DNA of 64,000 nt, taken from NCBI GenBank assembly GCA_965223005.1, contig CBDCVK010000010.1, positions 1,280,001 to 1,344,000 of the forward strand. Direction: 5' to 3'. The stretch is from Terriglobia bacterium. GTDB taxonomy: Bacteria; Acidobacteriota; Terriglobia; JAJPHL01; JAPKYU01. Shown here piece after piece: positions 63,209 to 64,000 of the stretch (position 1 is its first letter; the number at the start of each line of letters is the position of its first letter). The translations under genes were made by a program, and so were the position numbers. A model generated the notes under the pieces. It saw nothing but the letters and a program-made list of their open reading frames with translations. It did not search any database and had not been told where the DNA came from.

Positions 63209-63892
63209 ATGGCAGCGACACACATCGTCGAAGTCGAAAACCTGAAGAAAGTCTACCGCACCGGCAGGGTGGCGGTGCCTGCCTTGCAGGGCGTGGATTT
63301 GTATGTCGAAGCCGGCGAATTCTTGGCGGTGATGGGGCCGTCCGGCTCGGGAAAATCCACCCTGTTCTACATCATCGGCGGCCTCACGCCGCCCAGCGAG
63401 GGTCGGGTGCGTCTAGCCGGAATGGATCTGGCTTCCCTGGACGACGCCGGGCGCACCCGGCTGCGCAAGAACAAAGTGGGGTTCGTCTTCCAGCGCTCCA
63501 ACCTGCTGCCCACGCTGACTGCTGGCGGCAACATAGAAATTGCCCGCCACATTGCCGGCACACAGAACGGCTTCAACCCGCAGCAGTTCCAGGAGATTGT
63601 GGAGATCCTAGGCATCGAGCAGCGCCTCGACCACAAGCCGGCCGAGCTTTCCGGAGGCGAGCAGCAGCGGGTGGCCATCGCCAGGGCGCTGGTGAACCAG
63701 CCTGCCATCCTGCTGGCTGACGAGCCCACCGGCAACCTGGATTCCGACAATTCCCGGGCCGTCCTACAGTTGCTGCGCAGCTTGAACCAGCGCCTGGGGC
63801 AGACCATCTTAATGATCACCCACAACCCGGAAGCGGCCGCCTACGCCCACCGCACCGTCACCATGCGTGACGGCCGCATCATTAGCAGCTAG
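63209..63892 (+). CDS. LolD/MacB-type ABC ATPase
   Basis: [39 protein letters not shown] and ITHN. Confidence 0.95.
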   Translation: MAATHIVEVENLKKVYRTGRVAVPALQGVDLYVEAGEFLAVMGPSGSGKSTLFYIIGGLTPPSEGRVRLAGMDLASLDDAGRTRLRKNKVGFVFQRSNLLPTLTAGGNIEIARHIAGTQNGFNPQQFQEIVEILGIEQRLDHKPAELSGGEQQRVAIARALVNQPAILLADEPTGNLDSDNSRAVLQLLRSLNQRLGQTILMITHNPEAAAYAHRTVTMRDGRIISS

Positions 63893-63916
63893 ATCTACAG
63901 GGGCTAGATCTACGGG
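63888..63916. repeat. 15-bp tandem duplication at the ATPase stop codon
   Basis: gctagatctacaggg gctagatctacggg. Confidence 0.85.
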
Positions 63917-64000
63917 GTTTCTCCCCAAGCTCCAACCCCGCAAGCTAGCTGATCTCCATCGTGTTCATCAGCCGGTCCACTTGCGCCTGAAGCTGTTTGA

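Overview
GC-rich bacterial chromosomal segment, most likely Acidobacteriota (inferred from gene content and protein style, not from a search). It is mostly housekeeping. 1-13.4 kb (minus strand) holds eamA, a DUF4412-like gene, a moaD-moaE fusion, a VWA gene, an hfq-like gene, suhB, DUF488, msbA and yicC-gmk-rpoZ-coaBC-udg-priA. 13.6-22 kb (plus) holds lptC/A-lptB-rpoN-hpf-rapZ and pdp. 22-23.8 kb is a decaying nucleoside-salvage patch: a nupC remnant, an internally deleted cdd and a frameshifted membrane gene. 24-26 kb carries a degenerate ECF sigma fused to a ZAS zinc finger, divergent from a Spy/CpxP-like gene. 27.5-52.5 kb is a contiguous minus-strand translation supercluster (rplM-rpsI-rpsB-tsf-pyrH-frr, then str, S10, spc and alpha). 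The rest is acnA, a glucosylglycerate-synthase-like gene with a CmpX-like partner, a NikR-regulated Ni/Co ECF transporter and a Lol/MacB-like ABC system. I saw no tRNA, rRNA, CRISPR array or transposase. The most notable signals are: an EF-Tu with reciprocal G4/G5 substitutions (SKVD and GNAV) and a G-ending codon bias; recurrent short tandem duplications at start and stop codons; the sigma/anti-sigma fusion; an apparent ATT start for nikR; a ~335-nt structured rpsL leader; a divergent IF-1; and a deletion in cdd bounded by microhomology.
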